DNA of 64,000 bases from Lytechinus pictus (GCF_037042905.1 NC_087250.1:22012001-22076000), one strand, 5' to 3'; counted from the stretch's first letter, positions 38,001 to 51,900 are shown. Notes: generated by a model not told the origin, from the letters alone. Numbers and translations: made by a program.

Positions 38001-40626
38001 TTCGCCTTTGGTCCCATACGTTGAAACTTCTGTAATGATGGCAGATGGCTCGCATTATATGTGTCTGTGGACGGTGGACTTGTTTTTTTTTAATTAAGAC
38101 TCAATATAAACGAAGCTTAATAAGTAGATCCCTTCTAAAGTTTTATTCAATGATTATCAGGTTTCCGAATTCCATCAGGTTCTTATTATAGATTGAGATA
38201 TTTCTTGATTTATGTTGAAAATTGTTAACCTTTTTTCTTAATTAGTCGAAGTTGAGCCCCATGATGATTTTTGCCCCAGCCCAGGCTGCGGTTAAGAATT
38301 AAATGATTAGCTCAGACAGTCTACTCTAGAGACTATAAACAGTTTAAAGTCAAACTAAAAAGTCTGGTACTACCGTACTCAGACTCAGTAGTATTTATAA
38401 ACCATTTTGTTCAAATAAAAAAATTGTGGCTGTCACAGACAGTACTTAGAGTTTAGACTTAACTTAGTCTCTTAATTGACGTACATGTGACATAATTCAT
38501 ACTTTGAATGGTTATTTAGTAATTTAGACTATTTCTCTCTTTTTTTGTCTCTTCTACACACAGATCTGCATACTTGCTGACTCTGGTCTCTGCTTGCTAC
38601 TTCATTCTGGGAGAGTCCATCATGTACTATAATGGTCAGACCATGATTTCGACAAAGCCCTTATTTCGTTTGCAAATTTTGGACTGATACAACAGAAAAT
38701 TTATCTTTATCGATATTGGAAACAAAAAAATTAGAGCACAGTTTTGGGGAGGACTAAGAATACTGACTTGGACAGGAATACAGCTTGACAAAAATAAAAA
38801 TTCACAATTCAAAACCAAAGAACATTTTTAATGTTACTAATAGTGCATTGCAAGAAACTTTCTACTCAAATCACACATTCCAAAATTAAGGGTAAGTCCT
38901 TTGATTAAACACAAACATGTAGTTGATTTGCAATTGAAATTGAACATAAGTTTCTTGCAATGCCCCATAATCATATTTTGTTCTCAAGCAACTCTGTTAT
39001 ATGTTATCTAATGTGCTGAAGGTTAAGTGCCATGTATGTTCACAATTTTTTTTTTCGAAGGTATAATATATTTGTCCTTTTAAACGGTATTTGAATGTGG
39101 TTACGCCTTGTTTTTGTTTTCCACAGTAATTATTGCATATATGAACAGAAGTGAAATATTTGTTGTGAAGCACTGTATGAATGTTGTGTGATCATGGAGC
39201 TATGGTGTGATGGTATCATAATTAATTCATCATTTTTGTTATAAGACTGTAAACCTGGTGGATGTGAGGGAGTGGCCTGGATGAAAGGAAAGTGAGCATG
39301 TGTCCAATTACGGATTTGCATATGTTTAGACAATTTTGTTCGTGGATAAATATTAATGTGCATTCCCTATTCCAAGCAAAGAGTAAAGGAGAAGTCCACC
39401 CCACCAAAAAATTAATTTGAATTTAAAGAAAAATAAAGTATTGCATAAAATTTCATAAAAACTATGATTCAAAATTAAAAAAATTACTATTTTGACATTG
39501 AGAATTTTGCCTAATTTTATAAAACAATTATATGCTCATCTTGGTCAATGTGCAAATTACAGACCCGATTATGTCACAAGCACTCTAATTTCTTGTGTAT
39601 TTTTTTGTTTGATACATGTACATGACATGTATATTTTATTTTAATTTTCATTAACAAATTTTGAGAGGGATTTTAATTCCTCCATTAACATTCGTAGTTT
39701 CCATAAATGTAACCTATTGTGATTCGAGGAAGATTTTTTAGATCAAATTTGCTAAAATTTATATAATAAAAATGCAACAAAAATTTAAAAAGTAATGTGA
39801 TGTGAGTGACATAATCAACTCTATTTGCATACCATTGTTTTGTGTATATATTGTGTTAAAAAAGGGAAATTTCTGTATTTATTCAAATAATTTTTTGTTG
39901 ATGTGCACTTGACCTTTAACTCACTTCCCTTCCCACCCCTGCCCAAATAAGTGTAATCAAGAACTTGAAAATCAAAAGCAGTGATTAAGAAGAAGTAAGA
40001 ATTAATCATAGAGCTCCATGATTTAATAAATACAGGCCTAAATAGAACTTCACATGAAAGTAAAAAGAGAATAAAGCTGGGTAGGAACGATGAAGGAATA
40101 TGATTTAAAGAAAAAGCATAAACATATATCCCCATCACCCCCCCCCCAAAAAAAAAAAAAATAAATAAATAAATAAACAGTCTGGCGGGTTCGAACAAGG
40201 GTCCTTGCCAAGCCCCCGAAGCTACCGCCATTTTGTTTAATCCATTAGAAGCTAAAATAAGCCCTCATTAATATTAATTTCGTAAGATGCTCCCTCGTCA
40301 ACTGTGGTTTTGTACGTGTATTAGACAATACGCACATCAGCGCAAAGACAAAGGTCAACTTGGCAAATTCATTAATGTATTCATTTTGTTACGCGCTCGT
40401 GACGCGAAGGATTCAGCGAATCAAGCAAGCGCAAATTTGAGACGATACGTTGCGCTCTATAAAGTATCGATAGCACAAGCGATATCACTCAAAAACAAAG
40501 CATTGCTTGTATTGTGTCGTATAGGCCTATGCTAATTCTAAAAGGAAAGATGAAGAGTAGATTAGATCAAGTCGTGATTAGGTAAAGAGGTCTCCAGTGC
40601 TTTTGCCATCCCCTAATTGTCACATG

Positions 40627-41217
40627 TTAAAGGAGAATGAAACCCTTGAAACCAGCTGAATCCATATCAAAGAGAAAAATCAAAGAAACATATTGTTGAA
40701 AATTTGAGGAAGATTGAATGAATAATAAGAAAGTTATGAGCATTTAAATATTGAGATCACTAGTGCCATGTAGATCCTCCCATCGGCAATGCGACCAAGA
40801 TCTGTGATATCACACACGTACAACTCCCTCATTACTCTAGTACTTATTTCACTTATATTCTCACTTTTATAGAGTCTATCACAAGGTGAGGTGTTCTCTT
40901 TATGAGATGACAAGTACAGAGGTTTCACAACATTATACCATTGATGAATCGTTTGTCATATGATTAGAATAAGCAAAAAGAGATGTTTTGGGGTATATTT
41001 TCAGTGTCCAAATGGGAGAGTTGTACGTGTGTGACATCACAGATCTTGGTCGCATTGCCAATGGGAGGATCTCCATAGCATTAGTGATCTCGACATTCAA
41101 ATGCTCATAACTCTTTTATTGCTAGTCCTATTTTACTCAAAGTTTTGTTGATCTTATTCTTTGATTTTTCTGCTTTCACAAAAGCTAACTTGCTCCAAGA
41201 GTTTCATTTTCCTTTAA
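40627..41217. mobile_element. Kolobok-like MITE family C (TTAA TSD, long imperfect TIRs)
   Basis: TTAA-AGGAGAATGAAAC...GTTTCATTTTCCT-TTAA; degenerate relative at ~1700-2200. Confidence 0.75.
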
Positions 41218-41324
41218 GATATACAGCAATCTTAGTTTTTAACAAATGTAAATAATCTCGACTCTAAATAGCCGGCAGAGGCTGCGGAAAGATCAAAGGG
41301 GGCTGTTGTACTGACCCCAAAGTT

Positions 41325-41356
<32 letters not shown>

Positions 41357-43457
41357 GTGGGGGCAAAACATGGTTGTTACAATTTGATGGTAATTTTCAC
41401 TGGTTGAGTATGGTTACTATAGGGTTAGGGTTAAATAACTGTCACCACTAAAAGAGTACATTAATTTTGTTACAAATTTCGAGAAGCAAAAAAAAAAAAT
41501 CTTCATCTTTCTTCATCTGGCGTCCGTTTCATAATGAATTACAGCTATTTAAACATCGCTATTATTGTGATTACCGTGGTAAACTTGATAATGATTGGTT
41601 GGTTATACCATCGTAGTTACCATACTTGTAACGCATGATGAAACGGGCCCCTGCAGTTTATCATGTTTATGGTTTAATACGTTTCCTGTCCCCTTTATTC
41701 TCCAGCATTTCTTACTCTGTTTTTTTCCCATTTATTATCATTTTCCCACTTTATTTCTTTTGTGCCGCCTTTCTCCTACATATGAAGAGCTCATTTTCAA
41801 AAGGGTTAGGTCAATTTTTCATCAAATTTGATTTTTATGTCTTAATGTATAGATTTTTAGTAGCTCTATAAGATATAGAAAAGTTGAAATTCCTATTAAA
41901 AAGTGAAATAAAATGGCAAAGAAAAATAACCTTTTTTCAAAAGGGGTTAGGTCCATTTCAGTTTAGTTGCAAAAGGGATTAGGTCCACACAGATTTTTTT
42001 TTTGGAAAATAATATCTTTAAAAAATATGAAGACAAGTACCGGTACATTTCTTTTATACCCAATTTTATGTTCTCATGGTAGGGTATCATAAAAATTCAG
42101 TTTCGCATAAGAATATTGCAATAAGTGCGAATAAAAACATGGTTTTTCTCGGAATGGACCTAACCCCTTTTGCAACTAAACTCTTCATATATTTCCTTCT
42201 TCTTTTCCCACTTGTTATCTGTCTCCATAAATCTCTTCTTATTTCTCTTCCACCCCTATTCTTCCTACTTCCCACATTCTAGCTCTCTTACCACCCCCCT
42301 CCCTCTCTAAATTATCTCTTCATATGTGCCCCTCAATTTCTTTCTCATCTCTTTTCAACCCACTTCTCATCACTCTTTCCCTCTCTCGTTCTCCATCTCA
42401 TTTTGAATTTTGCCAATTCCGAATCCCTTTAATATTAGCTCTGTACAAATACTATATGAACACAAATGAAAGACATGAAGGAATTCTCTGGTTAGTAGTG
42501 AATTTTATTAATTAGCCAGAAAAAATATATTATCAGAGGATTAAGCTTTACCTTTTTCTTAAGCGTATGTTAATACTTTGAACCAAAATAATTTTTTTTT
42601 GTATGCTGGGGCAGCGATCGGGGGGGGGGGGGGGGAACAGTTCCCCCTACTTTACTGAAAAAGTGCCTTTTTATGCAAGAAAAATGCCCCCTCGCGAACG
42701 TGTACTGTGTCCCTTTCACCTGACGAGAACCTGTTTTAGGTGTTACCAAGTGCTCTTCCTTGTATGCAATTTTTTACCCAAAAATGCCCACCCCCCGAAC
42801 ATGTTCTGTGCCCTTTCATCTGAGGGCCCGTTTCATGTGTTAAAGAGTGCCCCCTCGCCTTCTTGTAAGTGCCCTTTGTCGAATCACTGCCCCCTTTTAC
42901 CCAAGAAAAGTGCTCCTAAAGAACTTGTTCTGTGCCCCTTTCACCTGAGAAGGACCTGTTTTATGGTCACCATGATGAGTGCCCTTTGAAACAAGAAAAC
43001 AATATTCTCATTTCTATAATATACTTATGAAGGAAATCCTTTGTGCATTAAGTTTAATAATTCATGTGAATGGGGGTATATAAGCAGTTTTGTACAGATG
43101 GGGGGGGGGGGTGGGCTTGAAGGACTCTTCCACCCCCCAAAAAAAAAATCACGACCAAAAAAAAAAAAGAAAAGGAAAGAAAAGGGTGAAATATATCATT
43201 CTGAATATTTAAGATTTTCTTTTTAAAAATGTCGAAATTTTGCTCGCTCGCAACTTCTTAAAAATTTCACGTAATACATCATTTTCCCTATGCCCCACTT
43301 TCAACTTCACTCCGCCGCTCCTATTTGTATGTTTATAGCTTCTCCTTTTGCAACAAGTTTTAATGAAAATCAACAAGAAATTTCATACGTCATGAATTTG
43401 GGGTTGTGATAATTATTTTGTTTTGTTTTTTGAAAAATTGGACTTGGAAAAAAAAAC

Positions 43458-46180
43458 CTTTTCCATCTTCATCAAGTGGTTGCTAAGTCAGACTCTTCAA
43501 TGTTGAATTGTTGGATTTCTTGAATGAAAACATCTGTTACAACAGTCCTGCAGATTGAAAAAATAGAGAAAGAAAATCAATGAATTTAAATTAAAATTGT
43601 CGTGATTTATAAAACATAAATGTTGTAAGGAAAGTGAGACTAAACATATATATGTTTCTTCAACACATAACAGGAAATCTTACTTCTACCAATTATAAAC
43701 TTGTACTTCTATAAAGCATATCACTTAAAACTGTTCTATGCAGTTTACATACCACTCTCCATTATAACTACATGTACTCTATGAAAAAATGTCAGAGATT
43801 TCTCATAAATATGAATATATGAATCAACATATGTAAATTATATAAATAGTCAGAATTAAAGTTGATATGTTTTGTTGCACAGAATATTTTGATCTGTGAT
43901 TAAAAACGACACTAACTATAATCTAAAAACAAAATTGAAATGAATTTTTTCAAAGGCAGGTCTATTTGTTGCCAAAAAAAATGTGAACAACCTCCATTAT
44001 TAAAAATAATCACTAATTAACTCACTCATATAACTGCTGTAGGTTGTATTTCTCTTTGTGGTCTAGTCGCTGTTCTATTAGGCCTACTTCACCAATTATT
44101 TATCATCATCAATCACCTCCATGGAAATTGTAAAACTGCATCATCCTATTGGACAAAATGTAAAATAAAAAGAATTTTTAAAAATCGTAAATCTACAAAT
44201 ATGAATATCACACTAAAGAATGAATAAAATGAATTTTGTAAAATATGAAAAATAAATATTGCTTTGTTTATAAACAAATAGGAAATAAAAAGGCCATTTA
44301 ATTACTAGTAGATCAAGGACATGACCTTATTTTATAAATTTGCCCAAGGTACATAACTTTTGGCATTGGTTCTATTTTAGACTCGAGAGCCTGCATTTAA
44401 AAAGTGTATATTCATTACAGATCCTACCTCTTTGACTTTGTCTTTGTGGCTCGGATTATTTTTATTTAATGTAAACATGGTTAACATTCAATTGTATCTG
44501 TAATTTTGTATGGGTTAGTTTAAGTTTTATACCTGGATGAGAATCTGCAAAATGATGCATGCACTTATGATCATCATGTTGTACCATATAGGTAGACCTC
44601 TACTGTTTTTCTTGTTCTTCAAACTCTACCTGTTTGTTTGTGAAAGAAAAGAGAGAACAATAATAAGAAGTGATCTTTTTCATGGCCGTATGTATAGGGG
44701 GAGGGGTTTGGGTAAGAGCTGAAATGTGAAAACCTTCATCAAAAAAAGAATTGCATGATATCCTTCAATTTTACTTTAGAAAATGCACAAAACGGTCCTA
44801 GGTAATATTGGTCGCTTCTGGCCCTCGCTTTCTGAATTTTAGGTTTCTCTAAATTTTTTCACATGTCTGCCCGCCCCCCCCCCCCCAAAAAAAAAAAAAA
44901 AAAAATTATTAAAAAAAATCTGGATCTTTTTATTTCCGAGTCTTATTTCATTTGATTTTAACATAATTTCATAATCTCATGCACTAGGTCTAGATCTATT
45001 TGTAAGAAAGTATAGATCTAGTCCTACGAGGCTCAGTGCTGTGCGACAGCATTAATGACTTTGTATCTAATTTAGGTCTAGACTACTAGATCTAGACTAA
45101 CGATGGACTCTCGATCTATCTAGACCTAGAAAGTAAAGCTTCGGTTCTAAACCGAGATCTAGACCCTATATCGGTTTAGAAATTTTTTATGTCTGACTCT
45201 GACTTCTATTCCTGGCTAAGACTTCATTGCCATTATTGACCGAGAGTAGATCTAGATCTAGCCCTTGGCCCACCGACAGTCATACTCGTAGTCGTACATG
45301 TAAATGGAGCCGTTTAGGCCCAGACCTAAATCTAGGCCTAAATTACAGACCTAGATCATAAGCCCTGGGGGTAAGTGTCAAGGGTTGGGGAAAGTATAAG
45401 TTAGACTAGATTTGAATTAGCTCTTGATAGCATCGATGAATAAATAAAAGTAAAGCAGCCTAGATCTAAGTAAGTATAATTATAAAGTAAGTAGGGCCTA
45501 GGATTAAGAAGATCTAGGTCCTAGATCTATTGATAATAAGACAAACATGCAGAGCAGCATGATATTTCTAAGACCGAGTCTAACTATATTTATAAATAAC
45601 AATAAGACTTAAGAGTTAAAATGGTTGGGGGCTAAATGCAGAAGCGCAAGCCTGAAGTTATGCAAAATAAATTTGATATCTGAAAGTGAAACAAAGTGAG
45701 GACTGAGGATTGACACAATGACAGGCGTATCTTCATCCACACTCCGCTTCACAGTTTATTTCTGACTGAGTTTCGATCTACTGAAGATAGATGCAGATCT
45801 CCCTCTAGATCTAACGTTACAGTGTACAAAAAGAAGCCTCATTCTTTTTGTTTTAATCAATCGTGGGTTGGTCCAGCCCGATTATCTCTCGATTCCCAGC
45901 TGGCTCGGAGCCCGTACAAAATACATGTGGTTAACACAGCGGCATAACCACAACACTGCAAGCAACATACAGGCTGCACTGGGCGACGATGACAATCTAA
46001 CTTCAATTTCAAAGACCAAATTCTGCTTTCCTTTAACAGAAGAATGATAGCAAACTCTCTAATTTGTTAAAGAAATAACCTAAGATCACAAATACAGTGT
46101 GAAATGTGTAAATAGTCCACTGAATTCATGTGGTTATATCAATTTATACGACGTACTCACCGGAGTGTTCGTAGGTCCAT
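43458..46180 (-). ncRNA. Putative spliced transcript without a long ORF (lncRNA or micropeptide)
   Basis: First-exon donor ccg|gtgagt (exon ends 46161); small exons with polypyrimidine acceptors at 44598-44629, 44117-44145 and 43458-43547; no ORF spans all exons. Confidence 0.35.
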
Positions 46181-46199
46181 TTTATGTGTGGAAAGAAAA

Positions 46200-46700
46200 G
46201 TTTCTGAATGAATAAATTAGATGACGTAATGAGGTCAAATGAATAATTAATTCTGTAACACGATACCACTAGTATCGATGGCAAAGAATCGGGGAAATCG
46301 CGTATTAATGACGCTCTTAGCCAATGAAAAGGCCGGATTATGAATATCTTCATGCTCATGAATGTCAATGAGGGCTTATTTTTGTCTTCAAATGATCGCG
46401 GTAGGCGGAGCCTAATCTCATTTGTTTTGTGCTGAACGCGCACGCAGCTTTCGGTCTAGTAATATATTATAAGGTCTTTGGTCCTTGCACACGCCAAAAC
46501 AATGCGCTTACGCAATTCGCCATCGATTTCTTCCATACTACTTTCGGGTTTTTTAATTTATATGAAATGTTGCAAGTCTGTGCGCCGCTGTTGACCAATC
46601 AGAACGCGTCGGCAATTCTACTGCAATTCCAATCATTTTGCGATGGACATTGCCGTGGTTTTTTGTGGTTCCTGACTTTGCTACATCATGAAATTTCATA
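46200..46700. promoter_or_regulatory. CpG-enriched, CCAAT-box-containing promoter-like region (possibly bidirectional)
   Basis: tagccaatg (~46318), gaccaatcag (~46593), gatgacgtaa CRE-like site (~46221); lies between the minus-strand donor at 46160 and C2H2 gene 2. Confidence 0.45.
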
Positions 46701-47417
46701 ATTCTTTTTCAGTCGTAAAGAAGAATGTCTACGCTTTATATTGATTATAATATCAATTTGACGCAAGTGTAATTTCGGTGCAAAAATGCGCTCTGTTTAT
46801 TCACATATATTTCTTGAAAAAAATTATTTTTTCTAAGCTAAATATCGGTCTTCAAAATACATTAAATGTGCATTTTATTTAGCTGATCAGAAATTTCAAA
46901 GTTTTATCTATAAAATAAGACCAATTTTGTGAGGAATAAATGATTCTAAGAGCAAAAAACACCGATCGGAAAGTTCGTCTTCACAGCTAATTACGTATGC
47001 ATAACCACGGACGGCTATGCATACCGCTGAATAAAATAGAGCACTTTCGGACGGGCTGCGGACTGACTGGATACCCAATGTCTGGCCTTCTCAAATCGTC
47101 ACCTCATTACGCCTGTTCATACCATGATATGACCAGGAAATTTTTGGCTCTTGCACCCCCTGGCCACCTACCCCTGTTATGCCGCTGAAAAAAGTTCATA
47201 ACTGAAAGAAAGAAAAAATCACTAGGCATTTCATCCCACGGCAAGCCTTGTCCCCATCACATTGTGCATTGTATGTTACCGCTGGTGCCGATTTTCTACA
47301 AATGCAATCCCCCCCCCCCCGTATATTGTTGCCTAGGAGATCAATACTGAATTTTAACGTATAGGGTCTAGCTAGGAGTCAGTAAATGTCACACGATGAT
47401 CGTGCATTCCCCTTTTT

Positions 47418-48028
47418 TTAAAGGTCAAGTCCACCTCAGAAAAATGTTGATTTGAATCAATAGAGAAAAATCAGACAAGCACAATGCTGAAAATTTCATC
47501 AAAATCGGATGTAAAATAAGAAAGTTATGACATTTCAAAGTTTCGCTTATTTTTAACAAAATAGTTATATGAACGAGCCAGTTACATCCAAATGAGAGAG
47601 TCGATGATGTCACTCACTCACTATTTCTTTTGTTTTTTATTGTTTGAATTATACAATATTTCAATTTTTACAAATTTGACGATTAGGACCTCCTTGCCTG
47701 AAACACAAAATGTTAAAATAATGGAATTCCACGTGTTCAGGGAGGAATAAAACTTAATTTCACATGACAATGACGAGAAAATAAAAATATTTCATATTTC
47801 ATATAATGAAATACAAAAGAAATAGTGAGTGAGTGATGTCATCAGTTCCTCATTTGCATACCGACCGAGATGTGCATATAACTGTTTTGTGAAATTAAGC
47901 TAAACTTTAAAGTGCCATAACTTTCTTATTTTACATCCGATTTTGATGAAATTTTCAGTGTTATGCTTGTTGAATTTTTCTCTTTTTATTCAAAATCAAG
48001 TTTTTGTTGGGGTGGACTTGTCCTTTAA
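47418..48028. mobile_element. Kolobok-like MITE family B
   Basis: TTAA TSD at 47418-21 and 48025-28; paralogous to 35047-35640. Confidence 0.8.
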
Positions 48029-48059
48029 GAATGGAGCTTAGCAGAAGTGATAATAAGGG

Positions 48060-48901
48060 CTGCTTAGCAGAGCGAGACTATAGGCACCACTTTTCGGACG
48101 GTGACCGCAGCGGTGTCGTCAACATTGAATTCTTAACCAAGTTTAAGTTTTTGAAATGTCATCATGACTTTGATAGAAAGTTTATGGACCTAGTTCATGA
48201 AACTTGGACATAAGGGTAATCAATTATTATTGAATATCCAGCCAGAGATTCAGATCACATGACCATGGTCAAAGGTCACTTAGGGTCAATGAACTTGGAC
48301 CATGTTGGGGAATCGAATCAATATCAAAATCTTAACCAAGGTTAAGATTTTGAAATCCCTGAAGATCCTGTGCAAGTTTCAGGTCACATGACCATGCAAG
48401 GTCAAAGGTCATAGGGTAAACAAACTTTGGTCATTTGTGGGGTATTTGTAGTTCTAATTGCCATCATAACTTTAAAGGTTTATAGATCTAGTTCATGAAA
48501 CTTGGACATAAGAGCAAGCATGTATCAATGAACACCTTGTGTGTGTGTCAGGTCACATGACCAAGATTAAAGGTATTTTAAGGTCAATGAACTTTGGCAT
48601 GTTAGGGGTACATGTATTTATTGAATTGGCATCATGAATTAGAATGTTTATGGATCTTGTTCATGAAACATACATGTAGACTTTATAAGGATAATCAAGT
48701 ATGAATGATTGTTTTGCACATGTCTTTAATAGGTCACACGATCATGGTCAAAGGCCATTTTGGATGAATGGACATAGTATTTTATCATCATATGAATGAT
48801 TTCTTTTGTGAATAATTATTCAAAAGCTGTTTTCAAAGTCTGTACTGCTGCTTTATCAAATTGCGCCATGCAGGCGAGACTGCCAGAGGCATTCCACTTG
48901 T
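48060..48901 (+). mobile_element. DINE-1/Tsp-like (Helentron-associated) non-autonomous element with internal tandem repeats
   Basis: Repeated catgaaacttggacataag...tcacatgacc...ggtcaaaggtca units; gcgagact near both ends; 3' hairpin tgccagaggca followed by ttccacttgt. Confidence 0.6.
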
Positions 48902-48990
48902 AATTTATCTATATTTTAAGACTTTGTTATATTTCTTTTCTTTTCTTTTGTTACAGATGGCATTCGACCAGACCACTTCAAGTTCTGACA

Positions 48991-51900
48991 ATGGAAGGAT
49001 CTGACAAGAGCTGTATTCGTACTGCAGATAATTCACTACCTTTCAGCCAGAATATAGAGGAATTAATTGGTAAATAAACAATGAGCTTTTGGTGATTTTC
49101 TTCAAATTAAAACACTTTTTCATTTTTTTCATCCACAAAATATGAAATTAAACCTTCTAAAGTTAGTATCTTTTCGTGGATAGCAAAAACTATGGTCAGT
49201 GGCAATATGGTCAGTGGTATAATTATTTGGCCAGCACCAGAAATTCAACTATTTGTAGCCATTTTGGCAACTTGGATCTGCATTTTTTTTTTCTTCTTTT
49301 AATGATCTAAAATGATCTTCAGTCTTCATAACTCTGTTTTAATGAAATCAAATATAGTATGCTGTTAAAGCTAGCATAAGGAAAAAAAATATGTAGTTCC
49401 ATACATACAATTTGGGGACTCTCCTATAAGATCAATATTTTGACATATTTTTGGATGTTTGTTTTAATAGGAGTGAGTATATACCCTGATTACATTAATA
49501 AACTTCCATGTGAGTTTTAATCAAATGAAAAAATGAAATTGGTCCCATTTTAATATAGCCATCATAAGGTTTTGGAAACATCCACTTTTGCTAGGAGTTT
49601 GCTAACTCCTTTTTTTTCTTTGAGGGAGGGAAAGAAGTCATGGGAATATAAGACAGGTGCTAATTATAATTTACCAATCTTGAGTCTATATGTGAAGTTT
49701 CTTCTTTTACATCTTTTACATATATGCATAGAATTTATATTACACCCCCCCCCCCCTGTAGTATTTTTCTTCTGATGGTGCCACCCTGTCTACAATATTG
49801 GGCCTACTTTTACCCTTTTTACACACGCTAAAATTTCCTTAACCCCGTACTATAGGTGGGGCTAAATTGCCATTTAGCCCCACCTATAGTACGGGGTTAA
49901 GCTTAGCCCACTTTCTTTTTACACAGCATTTTTGCAAAGTGGGCTAACCCCACCTTTAGTACGGGATTATTTGGCCCTGCAAAAAAGCAGGGTTATCCCA
50001 GCAATTGCGGTGCTAAGAGCGATAGTACGGGGTTAAGATCGCTAGTGTAAAACGAAAGTGGGCTAAGCTTAACCCCGTACTATAGGTGGGGCTAAATGGC
50101 AATTTGGCCCCACCTATAGTACGGGGTTAAGGAAATTGTAGCGTGTGTAAAAAGTGTACGAGTGAAGTACTTGTACTACAAATGATCGACAAAAACCACT
50201 AGTCCGGGGTTAGCGAGTTTCGTGTGTGAAAAGCAAGCATTCCTTATCCGGGGTTAGCGATAACAATTTGGCATGTGTGAAAAGGAAAACAAATAGTATG
50301 GGGTTAAGGATAGTACGGGGTTAGCGATAGTCCGGGGCTAAGAAAATCCTGTGTAAAAAGGGTAAAAGTATATTTGCAAATATTTAGATTGATATAGTTC
50401 CCATTTACAATAGACAATACTCATATCCATCACTGAATTAGGAGTACTCATTGATGATGAGGGGGCCTTTGCAGTTTTGTCATCCAGTATCTAAAGAGAT
50501 CTTGGGATATTTTAACTCAAATACTGTAGCCTCAATCAAGGAAAATACGAAAACTTGCTGTAAACAATTTCAAATATCACCTGTTTTCTTTTCATTGGTA
50601 GGGTTTCACTCATTTATTTCATCTAAACTTGTCTTTGTAGGAGGTGAGGCAGAAGATGTTAACCCTGCTGGTAAGACTTCATCAGAAGAGATGGATGAAT
50701 CAAATATGAACTGTGATCCTTTAGTTGGAGATGATTGGGCTGATGACATCACAGTGCCATCTGGTCAGGTGATATCACCTGATATATCACATGATGTGTC
50801 ACATGACCCTGAAGGTGAAACACTTTCACTTGTAGCACAAGACCACTATCCTGAGATAATGAAACTCCATGACAAGGTCGTTGACACTGGTACCTCTGTA
50901 AGTCACCAAGACAGCATTCACACTGATCTGAAAGGGCGTCATCCTGAAGAACTTCTTAGATCACCTGATCGGTCACATGACAGAAGTGTTGGTGTAGGAG
51001 GGGAATCAACTCCGTCACATGATGAGCCATATTTCCCTGTAGGATTTGAAAGGAGCCCAAATGATAAATGCGTTGAAAAAGAATGGGTACCCACTGAAGA
51101 TCTTTTAAGTGAAAAAGGAATGCAAGATATGAACAAGGATCCTGTTCTTGTGGCAGAACCTGAAGAGGACCGGAAACAAGATGACAAAGGTGCCCATCCT
51201 GTGAATGCGGACACGGCCCATCACTATACACCATTAAAAAAGAAACAAAAGAAGAAGAAAAAAAGATTGAAGAGTCCTTTGTCACATTATAAAAAGTACC
51301 ACACTGGATCTGGAGAAAAGGTTTTCGGTTGTGACGTCTGCGGGAGGTTGTTCAGCAACCGAAGCAACCTGACCGTACATACACGCATCCACACCGGATA
51401 CCAGCCATACTCCTGCAGTGTTTGTGAGAAAGCTTTCAGGAAAAATAGTGATCTTACCAGACACATGCGCATACATACAGGAGAGCAGCCATACACTTGT
51501 GATCTTTGTGACAAAAGGTTTAGGTCCCGTAATGCTCTTAACTACCACAGTCGGACTCATACAGGAGAATTGCCTTATCCTTGTGGGATCTGCAGAAGAC
51601 GCTTCAAAGACAAGAGAAGTCTAAATTGTCACTTTAACGTTCATAGACAAAAAGAAAGTAACCAGTCAGCTCGATTTGATAACCAAGATATAGGACAAGT
51701 GCTAAGCTGTGATAAGTGTGGTTTGTCTTTTGAGGATGAAAATAGTCTTTTAAATCACTTTGCTAGCAATGATGGCCATGAGGTATTTCATTGTGATAAG
51801 TGCAAGAAGATCTTCACCACAGAGTTGTCCTTTTCTCGACATGTCAAGTCTCATACATCAGAACTGCTTCATCAAAGTGAGTTTTGTGATGAGCTTTTCA

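Noticed and set aside
38261..38320. C/D snoRNA candidate (ATGATGA box C)
   Set aside because: No terminal CTGA box D at a suitable distance with a closing stem.
41420..41434. Telomere-like TTAGGG units (also 53721-53740)
   Set aside because: Only 2-3 units, too short to call an interstitial telomere.
50451..50640. N-terminal 63 aa of the 1078-aa ORF (and 29299-29320, 7726-7790)
   Set aside because: Intronic read-through upstream of clear splice acceptors.
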